Positions 18,237 through 30,974 of a stretch of 64,000 nt of DNA are shown here, in pieces. Under the pieces are notes generated by a model that was not told the DNA's origin, searched no databases, and was given only the letters and a program-made list of their open reading frames with translations. A program made the translations under genes and the position numbers. Numbering within the stretch: position 1 is the stretch's first letter; the number at the start of each line of letters is the position of its first letter. Origin of the DNA: Gammaproteobacteria bacterium (GTDB taxonomy: Bacteria; Pseudomonadota; Gammaproteobacteria; SZUA-152); assembly GCA_021647705.1 (NCBI GenBank), contig JAKIUF010000007.1:76751-140750 (forward strand). The letters run 5' to 3'.

Positions 18237-19409
18237 TTATACCTTTGCCGCTTGTGTGATTTGTTGCAGAATGGCATCCGCAGCCTGCCGGCTAGCGTCC
18301 TGCCGCAATGTTTGATGAATGTCAGTAAAACGCTGATTCAGGTCGCCCATTATCGAAGGATTTTCAAAATAGGCTAGCAGCTTCTGTCCGAGATTTTCCG
18401 GCGTTGCTTCATGCTGAATCAGTTCCGGCACCAGAGTTTCATTGGCCAATAAATTGGGCAACGACACATTCTCCACTTTCACCAGACGCTTGGCCAGCCA
18501 GTAGGTCAGTGGTGCCAGCTTGTACGCCACTACCATGGGCCGCTTTAGCAACATGGCCTCCAACGCGGCAGTGCCCGAGGCCAGCAACACCACATCGGCA
18601 GCGGCCATCACTTCACGCGATTGACCATCGACCAGGGTCAACCGGGGCAACTCCCTGCCCTGTGCCTTGATTTCTGTCATGGCCTGCTCAAACTGAATGC
18701 GTCGCTCTTTGTTTGCCAACGGCACGACAAATTCCAGGCTTGGGCGTCGTGCCTGCAACCAACAAGCTGTTTCGATAAACGGCTGTGCAAGATAATGCAG
18801 TTCGTTGGAACGACTGCCCGGTAACAAGGCCAGGATTTCAGTATCGGTTGGCAAATTCAGTTGCTGTCGCGCCGCCTGCTTATCCACTGCGAGCGGAATC
18901 GTGTCAGCCAGTGGATGTCCCACAAAACGCACCGGTACCTGATATTTTTGGTAAAAGCTTGCTTCAAAGGGAAATAGGGTCAACATCAAACCGGTGGACG
19001 CGGCAATCTTTTTCACCCGCCGTTGCCGCCAGGCCCAGACGGAGGGGCTGACATAGTGTACGGTTTTAATGCCCGCAACACGCAATTGTTTTTCCAGGCC
19101 CAGCGTGAAGTCCGGCGCATCAATGCCAATAAAAACATCCGGTGGATTTTGTTTGAAATGCGTGGCCAGTTGGCGGCGTATGCCCAACAGTTCACGATAG
19201 CGCCCTAGCACTTCCACAATGCCCATCACCGACAAACGATCCATAGGGAACAGGCTGTCAGCCCCTGCGGCGATCATTTGCGGACCTGCAATACCTTCAA
19301 AAACAGCATCGGGATAGTGTTGTTTGATGGCAGCAATAAGACCGCCACCCAGTAAATCACCCGAAGCCTCTCCGGCAACAATGCCAAATCGCAATGGCGG
19401 CTTTGCCAC
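18237..19409 (-). CDS. lpxB: Lipid-A-disaccharide synthase
   Basis: [24 protein letters not shown] and LLPGSR motifs. Confidence 0.97.
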   Translation of the reverse strand: MAKPPLRFGIVAGEASGDLLGGGLIAAIKQHYPDAVFEGIAGPQMIAAGADSLFPMDRLSVMGIVEVLGRYRELLGIRRQLATHFKQNPPDVFIGIDAPDFTLGLEKQLRVAGIKTVHYVSPSVWAWRQRRVKKIAASTGLMLTLFPFEASFYQKYQVPVRFVGHPLADTIPLAVDKQAARQQLNLPTDTEILALLPGSRSNELHYLAQPFIETACWLQARRPSLEFVVPLANKERRIQFEQAMTEIKAQGRELPRLTLVDGQSREVMAAADVVLLASGTAALEAMLLKRPMVVAYKLAPLTYWLAKRLVKVENVSLPNLLANETLVPELIQHEATPENLGQKLLAYFENPSIMGDLNQRFTDIHQTLRQDASRQAADAILQQITQAAKV

Positions 19410-20180
19410 TTATCGCACAATCCCGCGCGTGCTGGCTTTAATGAACATCAACAATTGAGCAACTTCATCACAATTTTCTGCCATGGGCTCAAGTTGGGAA
19501 ACAGCCTGTGTCAGTGTATTACCTGAGCGGTAAATAATTTTATAGGCTTTGCGTAATTGACTCAGTGCATCACTGGAGAAACCACGACGCTTGAGGCCTT
19601 CGGTATTCAAACCATGCGGTTTAGCCATATGCCCGGAGACCATCAGAAACGGTAATACATCTTTGGAAATCACACTGTTCATGCCCGTAAAACAATGTGT
19701 ACCGACTTTGCAAAACTGGTGTACCAAGGTAAAACCACCAAGAATGACGTAGTCTTCGATGATTACATGACCTGCCAGTGTGGTGCTGTTGGCAAAGATG
19801 GTGTGATTGCCAATCTGGCAATCATGGGCAATATGCACGGTCGCCATAATCCAGTTGTCATTACCGATACGGGTAATACCCACATCCTGCGTAGTGCCAC
19901 GGCTGATGGTGCAATATTCACGGATAACATTGCGGTCACCTATTTCCAGTTCGGTGGCCTCACCGGCATATTTTTTGTCCTGGGGATCACCACCAATGGC
20001 GGCAAAAGAATAGATTTTATTGTCACGTCCAATGCGCGTGGGGCCATTAATCACAACGTGCGAATCAATGACCGTGCCTTCACCGATTTCCACACCGGCA
20101 CCGATGACAGAAAAAGGACCGACACTGACATCTTTGGCAAGATGGGCGTCAGGATCAATAATGGCCTGGGAGTGAATCAA
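19410..20180 (-). CDS. lpxA: UDP-N-acetylglucosamine acyltransferase
   Basis: Hexapeptide repeats; PQDKKY, HIAHDC, VHQF and GLKRRGF motifs. Confidence 0.97.
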   Translation of the reverse strand: MIHSQAIIDPDAHLAKDVSVGPFSVIGAGVEIGEGTVIDSHVVINGPTRIGRDNKIYSFAAIGGDPQDKKYAGEATELEIGDRNVIREYCTISRGTTQDVGITRIGNDNWIMATVHIAHDCQIGNHTIFANSTTLAGHVIIEDYVILGGFTLVHQFCKVGTHCFTGMNSVISKDVLPFLMVSGHMAKPHGLNTEGLKRRGFSSDALSQLRKAYKIIYRSGNTLTQAVSQLEPMAENCDEVAQLLMFIKASTRGIVR

Positions 20181-20192
20181 GAACCTTCTGCC

Positions 20193-20669
20193 TCAATCAG
20201 TCTGTACGCCCCGTTCGGCACACATCAGTTCTGCGGAACACACAACTTTGCCGTCCACTTTTGCAACACCGTTGAATTTCCAGACACCACGCTTGGTTTT
20301 GATAATATCGACTTCCAGCATCAGCTGGTCACCGGGAATAACCGGCTGCTTGAAACGCGCGTTATCAATACCGACAAGATAATACAGAGAGTCTTTATCC
20401 GGTACCTTGCCACTGGTGCGAAAAGCAAGGATACCGGTTGCCTGCGCCAATGCTTCCAGGATCAACACACCTGGCATGACAGCACGATCAGGAAAATGGC
20501 CGGTAAAGCAGGGCTCGTTATAGGTAACATTTTTATAGCCCACCAACCGCTCACCGACTTTGCATTCGGTCACCCGGTCAATCAACAAAAACGGGTAGCG
20601 ATGCGGGAGGTGCTCCAGAATTGCGTAAATATCCAGCGTGGTTAGCGATGTATCCAGTGACTCACTCAT
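20193..20669 (-). CDS. fabZ: 3-hydroxyacyl-ACP dehydratase
   Basis: [12 protein letters not shown] and [16 protein letters not shown] motifs. Confidence 0.97.
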   Translation of the reverse strand: MSESLDTSLTTLDIYAILEHLPHRYPFLLIDRVTECKVGERLVGYKNVTYNEPCFTGHFPDRAVMPGVLILEALAQATGILAFRTSGKVPDKDSLYYLVGIDNARFKQPVIPGDQLMLEVDIIKTKRGVWKFNGVAKVDGKVVCSAELMCAERGVQTD

Positions 20670-21730
20670 TATTTTTTTGTCTCATCAAGATGCTCAGAAG
20701 CAGCTAATCGCTTTTCCAGTTTTTTTAACCGGCGCGCCATATCGTCCAGCTGTTTTAAACGAATAAAATTCCGATGCCATGCCGCATTTTCTTCCAACGG
20801 CGTACCGGAAGAATAAACCCCCGGCTTCCCTATCGCCCGTGAAACATGCGACATGCCGGTAATGGTAACATTATCCGTGATCTCAAGGTGGCCGACAATG
20901 CCCACACAACCACCAATCGCACAATGTTCACCGATAATCGCGCTACCGGCCACGGCAGTACAAGCAGCAATGGCCGTATGTGCGCCAATGCGCACGTTAT
21001 GACCAATTTGAATCAGGTTATCAAGCTTGACGCCATTCCCAATAACAGTATCACCAATCGCGCCACGGTCAATGGTACTATTAGCACCGACTTCAACATC
21101 ATCACCCAAAACAACCCTGCCAACCTGTGTCACTTTCAGCCATTCTCCCTTCTTATTTGCCAGACCAAAACAATCCCCGCCAATCACCCCCCCCGGGTCC
21201 AAGAGATTGCGGCGACCAATTTGTGTGCCGTGGCACAGAGTCACATTAGCAACCAAACGTGTATCTTCACCTAACACGGTATTTTTACCCATCACACAAC
21301 CGGGGCCAATGTGACATCCCGCAGCGATAACGACACCGGCTTCAATAACACAATTGGCATCAATCCGAGCCTTAGCATGCACCCTGCTGGTTGGATCTAC
21401 CGTGACGGAGGGATGAACACCGGGTAAAAAATCATTATCGGAATACAACCAAGCTGCCACATGGGCATACGCAACATGCGGATTCTCCACCACAACAGCG
21501 TTAGTGGGAACGGCATCCGCATCATCTGCTGTAACAATAACAGCAGCGGCATTTGTGTTACACAGGTCTTTTCTAAAACGTGAACTAACCAGAAAAGTGA
21601 TGTCACCCTCACCGGCCTCGGTTAATGAGGCCACTCGCCTGATCTCATCACTGGCATTCCCGGAAAGCTGTGCCGACAGACCTTGAGCATTAAGTCGCTC
21701 AACAATGACTTTCAAAGTAAGCGCGGGCAT
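20669..21730 (-). CDS. lpxD: UDP-3-O-acylglucosamine N-acyltransferase
   Basis: Hexapeptide repeats, [16 protein letters not shown]; start taken at ATG 21730. Confidence 0.95.
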   Translation of the reverse strand: MPALTLKVIVERLNAQGLSAQLSGNASDEIRRVASLTEAGEGDITFLVSSRFRKDLCNTNAAAVIVTADDADAVPTNAVVVENPHVAYAHVAAWLYSDNDFLPGVHPSVTVDPTSRVHAKARIDANCVIEAGVVIAAGCHIGPGCVMGKNTVLGEDTRLVANVTLCHGTQIGRRNLLDPGGVIGGDCFGLANKKGEWLKVTQVGRVVLGDDVEVGANSTIDRGAIGDTVIGNGVKLDNLIQIGHNVRIGAHTAIAACTAVAGSAIIGEHCAIGGCVGIVGHLEITDNVTITGMSHVSRAIGKPGVYSSGTPLEENAAWHRNFIRLKQLDDMARRLKKLEKRLAASEHLDETKK

Positions 21731-21758
21731 CAGAGCAACTATTGAGTATTGATTTCGA

Positions 21759-22331
21759 CTATTTTTTTGTGCTTGCAGCAAATTCTTTTTTCAACTGCTC
21801 AACGACTCTGCCGGTAATATCAATACGGTCATCAGCATAAACCACGCCATCACTGATAACGAGATCGTACTTTTCAGCTTTTGCAATATCGTTGATCACT
21901 TCAAACACCCGGCGACGCAGGGTGTCGAAAGCTTCGTTGCGACGGATATTCAAATCTTCCCGGAATTCTTCCTGGCCGCGTTTGAGCTCACGTTGTTGGG
22001 AAAGGATATCCCGCTCCAGTTTCCGCCGCTCGGTTTCACTCATGATGGCACCATCACGAGTGAGCTTCTCTTCAAGCTTGCGCACCTTTTTTTGTGCATC
22101 CACCAGCTTTTTATCGCGAGGTGAAAATTCCTTTTCAAGACGGACACGTGCCGCATCGGCTTGAGGAGCCTCCTCCAATACACGCGCCGCATTGACAAAT
22201 CCGATTTTTATCTCGGCGGCAACAGCAACCGTTCCGACAATGCTTAACCACGCGACAAGGCAAGCACACAGCAATACCCGAGAATAGTTAAAGGCGCGTT
22301 TACTGATTGTTTTTTTTGACATAATCTCCAC
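21759..22331 (-). CDS. skp: Periplasmic chaperone Skp/OmpH
   Basis: KIGFVN, coiled coil, YDLV..DIT; located between bamA and lpxD. Confidence 0.93.
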   Translation of the reverse strand: MEIMSKKTISKRAFNYSRVLLCACLVAWLSIVGTVAVAAEIKIGFVNAARVLEEAPQADAARVRLEKEFSPRDKKLVDAQKKVRKLEEKLTRDGAIMSETERRKLERDILSQQRELKRGQEEFREDLNIRRNEAFDTLRRRVFEVINDIAKAEKYDLVISDGVVYADDRIDITGRVVEQLKKEFAASTKK

Positions 22332-22501
22332 TCATATACAATTGATAACGAGCAACCCTGCTCCTGACATCCCCCTATGATGCCATGAAATACCGCCGGA
22401 CCCAATGCCTGAATAATTTCGTGATTTTACGCTGTTTTCACACCAAACCAGAGGGTTTATACCGTCTCTGGCACATTCCCCCGATAGCAAGCTCTAAAAA
22501 T

Positions 22502-22738
22502 GTGGGTTAAGTGCTAAAAATATTTAACCGGATAAAGTCATTGACTTACATTCGGTGGGACAGGCTGTTTCTCAACTACAAATCACAGCGTCATAAAATC
22601 TAACGTAAAGGCGCAAAGACACAGAGGGCGCAGAGATCAATAACATTTGAGATTTTTTTATCTCTTCCTCATCACCCTTTGCGCGCTCTGCGTCTTCGCG
22701 CCTTTGCGTTGGATTTTCATTATTCCGACCCAGCCAGC
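22502..22738 (+). repeat. Dispersed hairpin element, subfamily A copy 1
   Basis: Colinear with 55930-56178; starts TTAAGTGCTAAAAA, has an internal AACGTAAAG..CTTTGCGTT hairpin, ends CAGCCAGC. Confidence 0.85.
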
Positions 22739-22826
22739 ATACGCATAAAAACAGGCTGACTCAGCTCTTGGTTCACCTTTAAAGGCATGGTTTATACCCT
22801 CTCCGGTATACGCCGGATAGCAAGCC

Positions 22827-25151
22827 CTAAAACGGCGTACCAATGGAGAACTGGAATATCTCCGTATCATCTTCCGGTTTGGCATTGATAGCCCAGCCCC
22901 AGTTAAAGGTCAGTGCGCCAACGGGAGTCAGCCAGATAGCAGAAAAACCGTATGAAGACCGTAATCCCTCTTTCTGAATATCTGACTCTGACTCAAAGAC
23001 GTTACCCGCATCAAGAAAGGCACTCAAACGGAAGCTTCGCTCCGTTTCCGCAAAGGGTGATGGAAAAAATAATTCCAGGTGCGTCACAATTTTAATGGGC
23101 CCGCCCAGTGGCCGATCCGACTCCCTCGGTCCCAGAGTATTGCCCCGGTATCCACGCACCGAACGACCACCACCCGCATAATAATTTTTATAAAAGGGTA
23201 ATGCAGTGGTGTCACCATAACCTGCGCCATAACCCAGATCTGCCCCCAAAAACAGGCTGGTGCCTTTGGCTAGCGGAATATAGTATCTCTGCCGAACATT
23301 CAATTTGTAATATTCAAGATCGCCACCGGGCAATGCAATATCGGCTGAAAGCAAGCTGTAATAACCACGATCCGGGAAAATGGCCCGGTTGCGGGTATCG
23401 TGCGACCAGCTCACGGTTGTGGTGATGGAGTTATAGTCATCACCATTCTCTATCACCCATTGACTGTACGACGCAGGTGCTGTGTCTTCATTAATATCCA
23501 GACGGGTATTCTCAAACCCCAAACTCCAGGATGCGCGATTATATTCACTGATTGGGAACCCAAAATTCATACTCCCGCCATAGGTATCTGTTGAAAAATT
23601 CACCAGATTTGCATTTCGGGCATTGGTTGACCGTGAGTACGCACTAAATCCGCGACTGATACCATCAACAGTATAATACGGGTTGGTATAGTTCACCCGG
23701 TATACCGTATTCACTCGGCTGTTATTAATCTCGGTACTGACACGCTTCCCGGTACCCAGAAAATTATTCAGCGTCACACTCAGATTAAACAGCAAACCCT
23801 GTGTATCACCATAACCCAGACCTGCCGTGAAATTTCCGGTCGAACCTTCGGTAACATCAAAATTGAGATCGACCTGATCCCGGGTACCCGGTACCGCAGG
23901 CGTTTCCACATTCACCGAGTCGAAAAAGCCCAGTTTCTGCAAACGAATCTTCGAGCGCTCGACCAAAGGTGATGACAACCAGCCCCCTTCCATCTGACGA
24001 ACCTCACGTCGCACCACACCGTCGCGTGTTTTTGTATTGCCGGTAATATTAATCCGTCGCACATAAACCCGATGCCCTGGGTCTATAAAAAAGTTTAATG
24101 CGATAGTACGGTCTTTTTCATTAATGTCGGGTATCGAATTCACATTGGCAAAAGCATAACCATCGATCCCTAAACGCTGGCTAAGCAGATTGCCGGACTC
24201 TGCAATGGCACGTCGGGAAAAAATATCTCCGGCCTGCACAGTGAGTAACTTACGCAGTTCTTCTTCCGGCACCACCATGTCACCGCTTACCGTCACTTCG
24301 CTGACGATATATTGTTCACCTTCGGTGACATTAATGCTGATGTAAACATCGCGTTTATCCGGTGTAATGGAAACCTGCGTGGAATCAATGGAAAAATGCA
24401 GGTAACCGCGATCAAGATAATAAGAGCGCAATTTTTCCAGGTCGCCCAACAATTCTTGTTTGGAGTATTTTCCGCTGCCAGAAATACCAGACCACATGGT
24501 CGGCGTGGAAAGTTCAAACTTATCCAGCAGCTTCATTTCATCAAACTTGTGTGAACCAATAATATTGATCTGCTTTATTTTTGCAGCATCACCTTCATCA
24601 ATATCAATGGTGATTTCAACACGGTTTCGCGCCAGTTTTTCCAGCTTGGTTTCAATTTTTACACCGTACTTACCCAGACTGAAATATTGTTGATGCAGCT
24701 CCTGTTCGATTTGATCCAATAATGAACGATTAAAAATACGCCCTTCCGTCAGGCCAATGGTTTTCAGCGCGGTATTAAGATCTTCTGTATCAAGGTCTTC
24801 ATTACCAAAAACCTCGATCTTGGCAATTGAGGGACGTTCTTCAACATGAATAATCAGCACATCATCTTCACGCGCCAGCTGAATATCTTCAAAAAAACCG
24901 GTTTTGTATAAAGCCTGAATAACCGCGCTCGCCCCGGCATCATCCAGCGACTCTCCCACTTTGATGGGCAGATAATTGAACGTCGTGCCCAGGGAGATGC
25001 GCTGCAAACCCACAACCTGAATATCCTGCACCACAAACCGCTCAAACGCCCACACTGACCCACTTAGCATGGCGAACAGCATCGCGCTCACTAAACACGG
25101 CCATTTTTTATGTAAAACAATGCTTAATCTACTGCCCAACTTAATGCTCAA
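22827..25151 (-). CDS. bamA: Outer membrane protein assembly factor BamA
   Basis: POTRA domains, VRGY motif, C-terminal FQFSIGTPF. Confidence 0.97.
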   Translation of the reverse strand: MSIKLGSRLSIVLHKKWPCLVSAMLFAMLSGSVWAFERFVVQDIQVVGLQRISLGTTFNYLPIKVGESLDDAGASAVIQALYKTGFFEDIQLAREDDVLIIHVEERPSIAKIEVFGNEDLDTEDLNTALKTIGLTEGRIFNRSLLDQIEQELHQQYFSLGKYGVKIETKLEKLARNRVEITIDIDEGDAAKIKQINIIGSHKFDEMKLLDKFELSTPTMWSGISGSGKYSKQELLGDLEKLRSYYLDRGYLHFSIDSTQVSITPDKRDVYISINVTEGEQYIVSEVTVSGDMVVPEEELRKLLTVQAGDIFSRRAIAESGNLLSQRLGIDGYAFANVNSIPDINEKDRTIALNFFIDPGHRVYVRRINITGNTKTRDGVVRREVRQMEGGWLSSPLVERSKIRLQKLGFFDSVNVETPAVPGTRDQVDLNFDVTEGSTGNFTAGLGYGDTQGLLFNLSVTLNNFLGTGKRVSTEINNSRVNTVYRVNYTNPYYTVDGISRGFSAYSRSTNARNANLVNFSTDTYGGSMNFGFPISEYNRASWSLGFENTRLDINEDTAPASYSQWVIENGDDYNSITTTVSWSHDTRNRAIFPDRGYYSLLSADIALPGGDLEYYKLNVRQRYYIPLAKGTSLFLGADLGYGAGYGDTTALPFYKNYYAGGGRSVRGYRGNTLGPRESDRPLGGPIKIVTHLELFFPSPFAETERSFRLSAFLDAGNVFESESDIQKEGLRSSYGFSAIWLTPVGALTFNWGWAINAKPEDDTEIFQFSIGTPF

Positions 25152-25170
25152 TTTTCTACCTCAGAACAAA

Positions 25171-26538
25171 TCAATCCGTAAACAAGCGCATAACATCGTT
25201 ATACAACGCCAGACTCATCAGCATGAATAAAAAGGCGATACCAACATGTTGCAACTTAAGTTGCACCGCATCAGACAGAGGCTTTCCTTTCACCATTTCC
25301 ACCAGGTAATACATCAGATGACCACCATCCAGCAGCGGTATGGGCAGCAAATTAAGCACGCCCAGACTGATGCTAACCACCGCAAGAAAATACAAAAAAG
25401 CCGTTACACCGGCACTTGCGGTATAACCTGCATAAGTGGCAATGGTAATCGGGCCACTGAGATTTTTAACGGACACTTCACCCACAATCATTTTTCCGAT
25501 CATACGCAGCGTTAATGACGACAACTGCCAGGTTTTTGCTACCGCAACGCCCACTCCCTCAAACAGGGAATATTCTTCACGCGCCATCAGCTCAGGTGGT
25601 AGCGGCCCGGGCGGTGACGGTGCTGCACCAATGCGGCCGATGGTCTCTGTGTCTGTTTGGTGGCTGGCCGTTTTTACCCTGAGCGACTGCACCACACCAT
25701 TGCGCTCAAATTCAATATCCAATGCCTGATCAGGATGCGCACGCACCACATCCACCAACGCCATCCAGTCGGTCACTGTCTCGTCATCGACACGCAAAAT
25801 ATGGTCGCCCGTTTTAAGCCCTGACAAAGCTGCTGGCCCATCGGGTGACAACTCACCCAGTGTCGCAGGCAATACAGGACGCACCGGCAAAACACCCAAA
25901 TGCCCCAACAGGTTTTTTTGTTTGACTTCACTCGGCACTCCGAGCAATGACAACTGCAACTGCTGTGTGTTGCCATCAGCGTCTTCTACACGCACGGCAA
26001 TTTCATCATCGCCCAGTGCCGCATCCAGCATATTAATACGCACCACTGCCCAGGTCGGCGTTTGTGTGCCATTCACTTCGGTAATGCGGTCCCCCACATG
26101 AAAGCCTGCCACCGCAGCAGGGCTATCCGGTTTTACTTCACCAATAATGGGAGCAACCCCTGGCACACCAATCAGGTACATCAGCCAAAAAGCCGCTATC
26201 GCAAAAATAAAATTGAAAATTGGCCCCGCCGCCACAATGGCAAAACGACGCCACACTGACTGTCGGTTAAAGGCGCGATGCGCCTCTTCTTCGGGCACCT
26301 CATTTTCGCGCTCATCGAGCATTTTCACAAAACCACCCAAGGGGATGGCGGCAATCACAAACTCGGTTTGATCGGGCCCGTAACGCCGCAACCATAATGG
26401 TTTGCCAAAGCCAATTGAAAAGCGCAGCACCTTTACACCCAGCTTGCGTGCCGTCCAGAAATGACCAAACTCATGGAAGGCAATCAATATGCCCAGTGTC
26501 ACAATCAGCGCCAGCGCTGACGTTATAAATGTACTCAT
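25171..26538 (-). CDS. rseP: RIP metalloprotease RseP
   Basis: HEFGH, PDZ domains, [11 protein letters not shown]; ATG overlaps the dxr stop. Confidence 0.96.
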   Translation of the reverse strand: MSTFITSALALIVTLGILIAFHEFGHFWTARKLGVKVLRFSIGFGKPLWLRRYGPDQTEFVIAAIPLGGFVKMLDERENEVPEEEAHRAFNRQSVWRRFAIVAAGPIFNFIFAIAAFWLMYLIGVPGVAPIIGEVKPDSPAAVAGFHVGDRITEVNGTQTPTWAVVRINMLDAALGDDEIAVRVEDADGNTQQLQLSLLGVPSEVKQKNLLGHLGVLPVRPVLPATLGELSPDGPAALSGLKTGDHILRVDDETVTDWMALVDVVRAHPDQALDIEFERNGVVQSLRVKTASHQTDTETIGRIGAAPSPPGPLPPELMAREEYSLFEGVGVAVAKTWQLSSLTLRMIGKMIVGEVSVKNLSGPITIATYAGYTASAGVTAFLYFLAVVSISLGVLNLLPIPLLDGGHLMYYLVEMVKGKPLSDAVQLKLQHVGIAFLFMLMSLALYNDVMRLFTD

Positions 26539-27767
26539 TTCAGGTCTCCCGATGCCGCTGTCGATAACACCCACGCCGTCGCCATTTCGCGTGCAGTAGC
26601 ATCAGCGGCCAATACTGCCCCCAGAGTCTCGCCATTTTCAATCGTGCTTTGCTCCATTGTCCGGGAAATGATGTTGGGGATATCCGTGAAACGTATTTTT
26701 TTATCCAGAAAACTTTGCACCGCAATCTCATTCGCCGCATTCAAAATGGCAGGCCCGGTCCCCCCTGCTTCACCCGCCGTGTACGCCAACTGCAAGCAGG
26801 GAAAACGTGTCATATCCGGCCGTTCAAAATCCAATTGCGCCACTTCAAACAAGTCCAATGCAGCAACACCGGATACCATACGCTCCGGCCAGGCCATGGC
26901 ATGGGCAATGGGGGTGCGCATGTCTGGATTACCCATCTGCGCCAAAACCGAACCATCGTTATAACTCACCATGGAATGCACAATACTTTGCGGATGAATC
27001 ACCACCTGGATCTGTTCCGGTTTGGTATTAAATAACCAGCATGCCTCAATCACTTCCAGTCCTTTATTCATCATCGTGGCCGAATCCACGGAAATCTTTT
27101 GGCCCATGCTCCAATTGGGATGTGCGCAGGCCTGCTCCGGGGTAACGGATTCCAGCTGGGTTTTATCCATAGTACGAAATGGTCCACCCGATGCCGTTAA
27201 CAATATTTTTTGCACACCCAGAGTCTGCAATTCACGCGGCACCTGCGCACAGGAATACCCACCCGGCAGGCTTTGGAAAATGGCATTGTGTTCGCTGTCG
27301 ATGGGTAGCAGCTCAGCATCGTTTTCCCGCACGGCATCCATTAATATTTTCCCCGACATCACCAACGCTTCTTTATTTGCCAGCAAAATACGTTTTCCGG
27401 CATACGCGGCAGCCAGTGTCGGGCGCAATCCAGCCGCACCCACAATAGCCGCCATCACCTGTCGGGTTTGTTCCAGCGCCGCCACCATCTCCAGGCTATC
27501 TACCCCACTTAACACCGTGGTTTCCAGCCCGGCGGCACGCAATCGTTGTTGCAACTGCTCTGCGGCAGTGGCATCAGCCAGCACAGCATATTCCGGCGCA
27601 AAGGCTCGACATTGTTCAAACAGTCGATCTACCTGTGTATTTGCGGTTAATGCCACCACGCGATAACGCTCAGGGTGCCGGGCAATCACATCCAGTGTAC
27701 TGACGCCGATAGAACCAGTAGCGCCTAAAACGGTGACACCAATCGGGCCCGTGGGAATAACGGCCAT
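26535..27767 (-). CDS. dxr: 1-deoxy-D-xylulose-5-phosphate reductoisomerase
   Basis: [26 protein letters not shown] and NKGLE motifs. Confidence 0.97.
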   Translation of the reverse strand: MAVIPTGPIGVTVLGATGSIGVSTLDVIARHPERYRVVALTANTQVDRLFEQCRAFAPEYAVLADATAAEQLQQRLRAAGLETTVLSGVDSLEMVAALEQTRQVMAAIVGAAGLRPTLAAAYAGKRILLANKEALVMSGKILMDAVRENDAELLPIDSEHNAIFQSLPGGYSCAQVPRELQTLGVQKILLTASGGPFRTMDKTQLESVTPEQACAHPNWSMGQKISVDSATMMNKGLEVIEACWLFNTKPEQIQVVIHPQSIVHSMVSYNDGSVLAQMGNPDMRTPIAHAMAWPERMVSGVAALDLFEVAQLDFERPDMTRFPCLQLAYTAGEAGGTGPAILNAANEIAVQSFLDKKIRFTDIPNIISRTMEQSTIENGETLGAVLAADATAREMATAWVLSTAASGDLK

Positions 27768-28621
27768 CACGTGAGACTGGTTCCGGTTAACCCCGTCAAC
27801 CAAAGTCCCACCACAAAAATGGGCGCGGCTGCGGTGACACTGTCGATGCGATCCAATACACCGCCATGCCCGGGTAACAAGGTGCCACTGTCTTTAATCC
27901 CGGCGTGGCGTTTAAACATGCTTTCGGTAAGATCTCCCAGCACGGAAAAAACAACCGTCACCAGCGACAAGACAACGAATACCGGCCACAGGTTCCCGGG
28001 CAGCCCCAAAACCTGAGCCGCTGCAATGGCGTAAAGCGTGCTGATGGCCATCGCGCTACCCACACCTTCCCAAGTCTTCCCCGGACTCACCGCCGGTGCC
28101 AATTTACGCTTGCCCCATGCCCGACCACCAAAATAAGCACCGGAATCCGCCACCCAGATAAGGCTTAACAGATACATCACCAACAACGGCCCCTGCTCAC
28201 CACTGGCGTGCAACCCCACCACCGCCAACCAGGTGGGCAACAATATCAACAACCCAATCAACATCAGTGCCGCCCGTGATGACCAACGCTGCACCGTACG
28301 TGGGTAACTCAATACCCACACTGTTGCCAACAACCACCAAAACAGGCTCAGTATGGGTAAAGCCAGCCAATCGGTATTAGCGCCTGCCAGAAAAGAGTCT
28401 TGTTGGAAAAACCAGATGCAGGCCAGACCCAGCGTTACCACTGCAACATAAAGAATACGTTGCCACACCACCTTCAGCTGCATAAAACCTGTCCATTCCC
28501 AGGCACCCTGTACAATAAACAGGGCAAGCACCAGAGAAAGATAAGATGTCGGCAGACCTAGAATGCCCCACACCACCAGAGGTATCAGAATGGCGGCCGT
28601 AATCAGACGCTGTTTCAGCAT
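27767..28621 (-). CDS. cdsA: Phosphatidate cytidylyltransferase
   Basis: SPGKTWEG and [18 protein letters not shown] motifs. Confidence 0.97.
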   Translation of the reverse strand: MLKQRLITAAILIPLVVWGILGLPTSYLSLVLALFIVQGAWEWTGFMQLKVVWQRILYVAVVTLGLACIWFFQQDSFLAGANTDWLALPILSLFWWLLATVWVLSYPRTVQRWSSRAALMLIGLLILLPTWLAVVGLHASGEQGPLLVMYLLSLIWVADSGAYFGGRAWGKRKLAPAVSPGKTWEGVGSAMAISTLYAIAAAQVLGLPGNLWPVFVVLSLVTVVFSVLGDLTESMFKRHAGIKDSGTLLPGHGGVLDRIDSVTAAAPIFVVGLWLTGLTGTSLT

Positions 28622-29415
28622 TCCGTTTCGCAGACCTTGTTATTCTGTTCAACCTGCTGGCCGGTACGACCAAAGCGGCGCTGTCGGGTAGCAAATGAAG
28701 CAATGGCATCGTTCAACGCATCAATATTAAAATCCGGCCATAAAATATCGCTGAAATAAAATTCGGTATAAGCCAACTGCCATAATAGAAAATTGCTGAT
28801 ACGGCTTTCACCACCGGTGCGAATAAACAAATCCGGCTCTGGCAAATCCGCCAGACACATACCGTCCGCCATGCGTTCCGGCGTAATGTCGTCCACGTTT
28901 AATTGACCGGCTTGCACTTGAATGGCGAGCGATTTTGCCGCCTGGGTAATATCCCAACGCCCTCCATAATTGGCTGCTACGACAACCGTCAGGCCGGTGT
29001 TGTTCTGCGTGAGTACCTGTGCTTCTGCAATGCGTTTTTGCAGCGCTTTGTTGAATCCCTTGATATCACCAACCACCCGCAATCGCACATTATTTTTATG
29101 CAGACGCTTCACTTCCCGCCCCAGAGCCGTCATGAACAACTCCATGAGCAGACCCACTTCCTGTTTTGGGCGACGCCAGTTTTCACTGCTAAAGGCAAAC
29201 AGCGTCAATACTTCAATGCCCCCTTTTGCACAGCCCTCTACCACGCCACGCACCGCTTCCACACCGGCACGATGTCCCATAATGCGAGGTTGATTCCGTT
29301 TTTCCGCCCAGCGCCCGTTGCCGTCCATGATAATGGCAACATGTCGGGGAATATTTTGCTTTCCGGCAGAAAGCGCGGAAGAAGATGTGTCAGAGGGGGT
29401 GTCGTTTACCATCAC
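28615..29415 (-). CDS. uppS: Undecaprenyl diphosphate synthase
   Basis: HVAIIMDGNGRW, FSSENWRRP and IRTGGESRISNF motifs. Confidence 0.97.
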   Translation of the reverse strand: MMVNDTPSDTSSSALSAGKQNIPRHVAIIMDGNGRWAEKRNQPRIMGHRAGVEAVRGVVEGCAKGGIEVLTLFAFSSENWRRPKQEVGLLMELFMTALGREVKRLHKNNVRLRVVGDIKGFNKALQKRIAEAQVLTQNNTGLTVVVAANYGGRWDITQAAKSLAIQVQAGQLNVDDITPERMADGMCLADLPEPDLFIRTGGESRISNFLLWQLAYTEFYFSDILWPDFNIDALNDAIASFATRQRRFGRTGQQVEQNNKVCETEC

Positions 29416-29535
29416 AAACCTACATTACGAATACGCCGCCATTGAGCGGCAAATGGTACAAAGAGAGGATGGCGTGATGACACGAGAGGCTCACTAATCG
29501 AATATAGGGTCAGTAATAATAAAGGAAATAGAAAA

Positions 29536-30093
29536 TTATAATTCCATCAAATCTTTTTCTTTGGCCTCCAGCAACACATCCACCTCAGCGATGCGTTTGT
29601 CTGTCAGTTTTTGAATAGCCGCTTCAGCTTGACGTTCTTCGTCTTCGGTAATCTCTTTTTCTTTCAGCAATTCTTTGAAATCACTATTGGCATCACGGCG
29701 GATATTACGAATCGCTACCTTGGCATGCTCACCTTCGGCACGCACCACTTTGGTCATGTCACGACGACGCTCTTCAGTCAATGCAGGCAACGGTACACGA
29801 ATCACCGTACCTGAAGTGGCCGGGTTCAGGCCTAGATCAGAGGTTATAATGGCCTTTTCCACGGCCTGCACCATGTTTTTTTCCCAGGGAGTCACTGTCA
29901 ACATACGCGCATCGGCAACACTCACTGTTGCCACTTGATTCAGTGCTGTTTCCGTACCGTAATAATCTACAGTGATGTGATCCAGCAAACTGGTATGCGC
30001 GCGCCCGGTGCGCAATTTTCTCAGTGCATTTTTCAGAGTTTCAATGCTTTTTCCCATACGGGTGTCTGCATCCTGCTGAATTTCGTCAATCAT
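29536..30093 (-). CDS. frr: Ribosome recycling factor
   Basis: RTGRA, DLGLNP, LTEERR and RNIRRD motifs. Confidence 0.98.
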   Translation of the reverse strand: MIDEIQQDADTRMGKSIETLKNALRKLRTGRAHTSLLDHITVDYYGTETALNQVATVSVADARMLTVTPWEKNMVQAVEKAIITSDLGLNPATSGTVIRVPLPALTEERRRDMTKVVRAEGEHAKVAIRNIRRDANSDFKELLKEKEITEDEERQAEAAIQKLTDKRIAEVDVLLEAKEKDLMEL

Positions 30094-30161
30094 TTGCTTT
30101 CCCTGGTTAATCTGTATTTTTTGCGTTTTATTTAACCAACGTCTCTACTTGAGCAAGGTAC

Positions 30162-30887
30162 CTATTTAACCAAAGTACCTTCATCTGAGCCGCGCATAAT
30201 ACCCATCAACGCGCCCGGTTTGTTCATATTAAAAACACGCACCGGCATGGATTGATCACGACACAAGGCAATCGCCGTGGCATCCATCACCGCCAGCCCT
30301 TTAGCCAGCACTTCGTCATAACCCAGAGCACTGTACAAGGTGGCATCCTTGTCCTTCATAGGGTCTGCGGAATACACACCATCCACCTTAGTGGCTTTCA
30401 GCACCACATCGGCACCGATTTCAATGCCTCGTAAACTGGCGGCAGAATCCGTGGTAAAAAACGGGCTGCCGGTTCCCGCAGCAAAAATCACCACCCGACC
30501 TTTTTCCAGGTGTCGCACAGCGCGACGCTGGATGTAAGGCTCACATACCGTATCAATTGGCAGCGCCGACATCACCCGCACCTGCATACCATGTCGTTCC
30601 AGTGCATCCTGCATAGAGAGTGCATTGATTACTGTGGCCAGCATGCCCATGTAGTCACCGGTGGTCCGGTTCAGGCCATTGGCGGCGAGGCTGACGCCAC
30701 GAAAAATATTCCCGCCGCCAATCACCAGCGCCACTTCAATACCTGCGTCCACCAATTCCAGGATCTCAACAGAGGTTCGGTCGATAACGGCGGGATCAAT
30801 ACCAAACTCGGCATCACCCATTAAAGCCTCGCCACTTAATTTAAGCAGGATGCGTTTGTAAACCGTTGTCGTCTTTTCGTCTGTCAT
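30162..30887 (-). CDS. pyrH: UMP kinase
   Basis: [17 protein letters not shown] and FFTTDS motifs; start at ATG 30887. Confidence 0.97.
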   Translation of the reverse strand: MTDEKTTTVYKRILLKLSGEALMGDAEFGIDPAVIDRTSVEILELVDAGIEVALVIGGGNIFRGVSLAANGLNRTTGDYMGMLATVINALSMQDALERHGMQVRVMSALPIDTVCEPYIQRRAVRHLEKGRVVIFAAGTGSPFFTTDSAASLRGIEIGADVVLKATKVDGVYSADPMKDKDATLYSALGYDEVLAKGLAVMDATAIALCRDQSMPVRVFNMNKPGALMGIMRGSDEGTLVK

Positions 30888-30974
30888 TCGCTGATCTGTA
30901 CCTTTTAATAATGTGTTGATGGAGCAACGCTCTTTGCTCTTTCTCAATAAATAACAATAACTCCGCGCGGGGTA

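Noticed and set aside
19695-20645. 316-aa plus-strand ORF
   Set aside because: Antisense to lpxA/fabZ; a codon-bias shadow.
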